A stretch of DNA of 32,000 bases, taken from NCBI RefSeq assembly GCF_021054785.1, contig NZ_CP088239.1, forward strand, positions 1,980,001-2,012,000, written 5' to 3'. Origin of the DNA: Tannockella kyphosi (GTDB taxonomy: Bacteria; Bacillota_I; Bacilli_A; Erysipelotrichales; Coprobacillaceae). This document shows, in pieces, positions 31,570 through 32,000 of the stretch; position 1 is the first letter of the stretch, and each line of letters begins with the position of its first letter. The translations under genes were made by a program, and so were the position numbers. The notes under the pieces were generated by a model. That model did no database searches. It saw only the letters and a list, made by a program, of their open reading frames with translations, and was not told where the DNA came from.

Positions 31570-32000
31570 ATGATAAAAGCAGTGTTATTTGATATGGATG
31601 GAGTATTAATTGAAAGTGAAATAGAGTATATGAAGCGTTTTGTTGAAGTTTTTCGTAGTAAAAATATTATTGTAAGGGAAGAAGATTTTTACTGCCTAGT
31701 TGGGGCTAGTTCTCCAGATAGTTTAGAAACTTTTGATAAGCTTGCAAAGCCTATTAGTGGTGCTAAAATGATGAGTTTATGTGCGCAAAGTATTCTTGAT
31801 AATCCATTTGCGTATAAGGAAATAAGAACAGAAAATATTTATGAATTATTGCGTGATTTAAAAGAAGATGGTTATAAGATTGCAGTAGCTTCTGCAACAA
31901 GTAGGCAAGGTATTCAACTTGCCTTAAAAGAAACTTCTTTAGATCAGTTTGTGGATGTTTATTATTCTGGAGATGATTGTCCTAGAAGCAAACCTTTTCC
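31570..32000 (+). CDS. HAD-IA family hydrolase (beta-phosphoglucomutase/phosphatase-like), 3' end cut by the window edge
   Basis: My translation from the ATG at 31570 gives MIKAVLFDMDGVLIESEIEYMKRF...YKIAVASATSRQGIQLALKE...YSGDDCPRSKPFP. HAD motifs I-III are visible, and a GAGGTG RBS lies upstream. Confidence 0.85.
   Translation, partial: MIKAVLFDMDGVLIESEIEYMKRFVEVFRSKNIIVREEDFYCLVGASSPDSLETFDKLAKPISGAKMMSLCAQSILDNPFAYKEIRTENIYELLRDLKEDGYKIAVASATSRQGIQLALKETSLDQFVDVYYSGDDCPRSKPF

Noticed and set aside
1-32000. A search for defence systems, toxin-antitoxin pairs, CRISPR arrays, integrases or transposases, prophage remnants, and tRNA or rRNA genes.
   Set aside because: I saw no direct-repeat/spacer arrays, no recombinase, nuclease or ATPase-type ORFs, no tRNA-like cloverleaf regions in the intergenic gaps, and no inverted terminal repeats bounding the catabolic island. 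The island borders are ordinary terminators.

Overview
Low-GC Bacillota-type chromosome segment, roughly one third G+C by eye. TGA is used as a stop codon, and all but three genes lie on the minus strand. I see no tRNA, rRNA, CRISPR array, transposase, integrase or phage gene. The window has three blocks.

(i) 1-14.5 kb, lipid and biotin housekeeping. It holds an NfnAB/GltA-like oxidoreductase pair, a Cof-type HAD phosphatase, and a complete type II fatty-acid synthesis cluster on the minus strand. The order is acp(2) | accB-accC-accD-accA-fabT-fabH-fabK-(second NPD/FabK-like gene)-fabD-fabG-fabF-fabZ-acpP. Upstream of it are bioY and a divergent birA.

(ii) 14.5-28.2 kb, an accessory catabolic island on the minus strand. 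The order is IclR regulator | SSS symporter | SSS symporter paralog - heparinase II/III-fold lyase B - DEH-reductase-like SDR | MATE - lyase A - KdgF-like cupin - Eda fused to a VOC domain - KdgK. This reads as a fully cytoplasmic pathway for unsaturated oligo-uronates; the polysaccharide substrate cannot be assigned from sequence.

(iii) 28.4-32 kb: a second FabT-like MarR paralog, a uracil/xanthine permease, rpsF-ssb-rpsR, and a truncated HAD hydrolase.

The most interesting signals:
- a 23-bp composite operator present five times around the IclR gene and the two symporter genes;
- three FabT-box-like palindromes (TTTGA-N3-TCAAA) in front of acp(2), accB and the bioY promoter;
- duplicated FabT and ACP genes;
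- an extra NPD-family gene with a CX2CX3CX7C motif inside the fab operon;
- an Eda-VOC fusion;
- two unrelated leaderless polysaccharide lyases.

All functional calls rest on motif recognition in the supplied translations. No database search was run.
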